DNA from: Octopus bimaculoides
Taxonomy: Eukaryota
Assembly (NCBI RefSeq): GCF_001194135.2
Contig: NC_068983.1
Coordinates: forward strand, 145,212,366-145,251,960
Reading direction: 5' to 3'
DNA length: 39,595 nucleotides
Made by a program: the position numbers and the translations under genes. Position 1 is the stretch's first letter, and every line of letters starts with the position of its first letter. Below the pieces are notes generated by a model, which searched no databases, was not told the origin of the DNA, and saw only the letters and a program-made list of their open reading frames with translations. Below, one piece after another: positions 36,421 through 39,595 of this stretch.

Positions 36421-36997
36421 ACTAACTTAAGCCTTTTTCTCTCAACGACCACTTTTCTGCACTGTTATTGAATCTTGGCTATCTTGTCTACTTCTCTCCA
36501 GGTAGATTCCTGCTTTTCCAACTCTGACTCCGCCTCCTATCCCGCCTCCAGCTATTTTTAGACAATCATCTCTTCTCCCTCCTTTTGGATTCCAGGTGAG
36601 GCCCTGACGTGTAACGCAGGCTGTTGGTTTCCTTAAAGTGTAGCGTTTCTGTTCTCACCTGCGCTTCAGGATCAGTTCTTCCACTGGCATCCGCCCCCAC
36701 TCTCTTCCACAGCTTGTCTTTTCTTAATCTTATCTAGCCCACAGTGGCACACAGAGATGTGTCAGAGCTAGAGGTCAAAGCTACAGTAGCCTTCATCATT
36801 CTCAAGAACATCTATGCTTCAATAAAATTACAATAAAAGCTAATTTGTGCATCAACTCGAATGTGAAGTCCATCCTTCTCTGTCTGTGGATTAGAGACAT
36901 AGAGAAGGACTAAGGAGACATTGCAGAAGATACAAACCTTCATCAATAACTGTCTTAAGTGTATTCTTCTAATTAGATGGTCAGATAAGATAAGAAG
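36421..36997. mobile_element. RTE-type LINE 3' fragment with an inverted 5' part
   Basis: Plus 36744-36997: DV..VKATVAFIILKNIYAS..NSNVKSILL..RRTKETLQKIQTFINNCLKCILLIRWSDKI. Minus 36742-36421: DKI..DKLWKRVGRMPVEELILKRR*..YTLRKPTACVTRQGLTWNP, ending in a TAAG-like tail. Confidence 0.8.
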
Positions 36998-37575
36998 TTT
37001 AACAGATTTGGTCCGGCAAAATTAACTGGCATGTCACATTACTATACGTTGATAAATTTATAGTCCTGACACGGAGAGCAGCTGCCAGTTATTGCATGAT
37101 CCGGTTATTTGATGAAAATATAAAGAGATACGAAGATAGTAATAATTTATTTGCTTAGCTCCTTAATTTTGTTTTAGCCATTAAGGCTAAGTGCCATGCT
37201 GGAGCACTGACTTTCCCGATGATTGATCGCTTACTCTCACTATCTTGGTGGCATTTAATCTAAACTCAGAAAAACTTGTCACTACTGTGTCAACAACGGT
37301 TACATTACAAGGCGTATGTATATGTTGTATGTGTTGGTGTGTGTTTGCGTGCATTTTTTGCGTATAGACATTTATTCACACAAGCATACATATACGTAGG
37401 TGTGAACGTGTGTGCATGTGTGTTAATGTACATACAAATATATATATTTGTACATATGGGTGTGTATATAGTATGTATGTATTTATGTGTGTGTACATAT
37501 GTAAATATATATGCATGTGTGGGTGTGTAAACATATGTGAATATATGTATACATATATATGCTCCTATCTATCTA

Positions 37576-37614
<39 letters not shown>

Positions 37615-37910
37615 GCGGTGTTTTGGTGTCAAGGAGTTTATCCAGATTACAGTTGGAAATACATGGAATAAATAACAAAATAAATAACAGATCGTGTGAA
37701 ATAACCAATGAAGGAAAGACCAGATTGTTTATTGTAAAGAGATATAACAGAATAGCCGAAGCTATGAACGAAAGGAAACAAACATTGAAGACACAACTAG
37801 TTGGTAATTAAGTTTACATAGGTTAATTGAAGAAAATATGTGACTCATCACAAGTATTATATGAAGCTTTAGACAATGAAAGCTAACTGATAATTTGGGT
37901 GAAGCGTGCA

Positions 37911-37919
37911 AATAATAAC

Positions 37920-37985
<66 letters not shown>
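37911..37985. repeat. (AAT)n microsatellite; further tracts at 39062-39090 and 39253-39272
   Basis: Directly visible; these tracts separate LINE pieces. Confidence 0.97.
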
Positions 37986-39090
37986 TAGATTGGACAAAAA
38001 CTGAATTACCAAAGCTAGACAGAATAACTAGGAAGGAATTCAATATGAATGGAGGACTCCACCCAGGAGTAGCAAGATTATACTTACCTAGAAAGGAAGG
38101 CGGAAGAAGTTAACTCCACGCAGTCTTCTACTGCGTTGAGTTAGCTTGAGTAGTTATGGACTGCTATGTAGGTAATTGTGAAGGCAGTTTATTAAAATCT
38201 ACTAGAGTCAGAGCAAGACAAAGGGAAACCAAAAACCTAAACGAAGTTAAAAACCAGAAAAAGAACAGAAATTATCTAACTGGCAGGAGGTGTTGCACGG
38301 TAGATTTCAAAATTTCAGAAAATAGTAGTAGTGAGACATGGCTACGGTTACAGAAGGGAAAGCGGAAAAGGGAGACAGAAAGTTTGTTAGTAGCTGCACA
38401 GGATCAAGCATTAAGGACTAATTGGATAAAAGCCGAGATAGACAAAACCCAAGTAGATTCCCAATGTAGGTTATGCAAATCAAAAGACGAAAGCGTTACT
38501 CATGTAGTAAGTGAATGTAGCATGCTGGCACAGAAAGAATACAGGAAAAGATATGACAACCTAGGGAGAGTAATCCCCTGGGAGTTATGTAGAAAGTTAG
38601 GATTTGAACATACAAATAAATGGTATGAACATGAACCTAGTAAAGTACTAGAAAGTAAGAAATGCAAGATTTGTGGACTTCAACATTCAAGAAGGCTTGA
38701 TTTAGTAGTAGCAGATAAAGAGAATAGAAAGTGCCAAATGATGAAAAAATCAATATATATGAGAGGTATGTAAAAAAAATAGCGAAGTACCAGGACCCAA
38801 CTATTGAATTACAGAGACTATGGAAATTGCGGATAAAGTGTATTCCAGTAGTTATAAATGCGTTGGGAACTATCCCTAAAGATCTGAACAGATGAATAGA
38901 GGAAATAGGCATAAAACCTAGTTTAGTACAGCTCCGGAAAATAGTATTATTGGGGACAGCCAGGATACTTAGGAGCGTTCTTGGCATCTAAAGTTACTTG
39001 TTGTAGCCCAAAGTTAGGATTTTTTTCTTTTCCAACAGTTTAATCTGTTATGTGTATATGAAATAATAATAATAATAATAATAATAATAA
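37985..39090 (+). mobile_element. 5'-truncated R4/Dong-type non-LTR retrotransposon (zinc knuckle + restriction-like endonuclease), disrupted
   Basis: LDWTKTELPKLDRITRK..GLHP..ARLYLPRKEGGR; ETESLLVAAQDQALRTN; CRLCKSKDESVTHVVSEC (CCHC); EY.KRYD; RLDLVVAD; IPVVINALG...LLGTARILRSVLGI*; (AAT)n on both sides. Confidence 0.92.
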
Positions 39091-39129
39091 CTTCTAATTT
39101 ACTTATGTTTTGAAACATTCTCTAGAATA

Positions 39130-39272
39130 ATACTCTGTGCAAAACCAAATATACAGCATCCTTGTCATAACACCAAATTGAACTTGTCTCTTGAGGTCTC
39201 TGGCTGACATTTGGAGTCAACTTCTACAAACACAGAGCGGAAGCCAAACATATAATAATAATAATAATAATA
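39130..39272 (+). mobile_element. Short 3' end of another R4/Dong-type subfamily with (AAT)n tail
   Basis: CTTGTCTCTTGAGGTCTCTGGCTGACATTTGGAGTCAACTT...CAAACAT followed by (AAT)n; assigned from my recollection of such 3' UTRs and from context only. Confidence 0.45.
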
Positions 39273-39595
39273 AAAACAACGAACTTAGCACCTGAGCAAC
39301 TCTGGGCCCCTATAACAACTGAAGAGGTCACCCAGACACTGCAAAGACTAAGCAACTGGAAGGCACCTGGACACGACAAAATCCCCAATTTCTGGTTAAA
39401 ACACCTGCCAGGAATGCATAAAAAGCTGGCAGAAAACTTTAACAACATACTAGCAGAGCCAGAGACAATGCCTGAATGGCTCACAAAAGGGAAAAACCAT
39501 CTTAATCCCTAAATCCACGGAAACGGAGAAACCACAAAACTATAGACCTATAACCTGTCTCCCTACGATCTACAAAGCCTTTACTGCAATAATAT
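39273..39595 (+). mobile_element. R4/Dong-type RT region (5'-truncated, runs off the window)
   Basis: ITTEEVTQTLQRLSNWKAPGHDKIPNFWLKHL...MPEWLTKG/TILIPK..EKPQNYRPITCLPTIYK with one frameshift; starts right after (AAT)n. Confidence 0.92.

Noticed and set aside
1-39595. CRISPR arrays, rRNA genes, operons or prokaryotic defence systems
   Set aside because: No regularly spaced repeat-spacer units, rRNA-like sequence or dense ORFs; the window is intron- and repeat-rich eukaryotic DNA.

Overview
AT-rich, repeat-dense eukaryotic genomic DNA with 7 assembly gaps and many microsatellites. The SINE families look like those of an octopus-type coleoid cephalopod (inference from repeat recognition, not a search). 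Two host genes are supported: the last coding exon of a FAM167-family (DUF3259) gene (+, 9043-9303), and an apparently orphan secreted 200-aa protein encoded in one coding exon (-, 16996-17598) with a casein-like cluster of seven S-x-E motifs. Everything else interpretable is mobile DNA: a Merlin (IS1016/ISXO2-like) transposase relic, two decayed mariners and a mariner MITE, foldback MITEs, several R4/Dong-type LINE pieces stacked in (TAA)n, a 5'-inverted RTE-type LINE, a Penelope-like GIY-YIG fragment, and many tRNA-type SINEs. The most unusual signal is a set of hammerhead-ribozyme motifs at 24.1-26.2 kb. One of them (24632-24689, -) has an intact catalytic core, but its three strands occur in an order that matches none of hammerhead types I, II or III. 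Nearly all ORFs in the supplied track are artefacts of microsatellites, N-runs or repeats.
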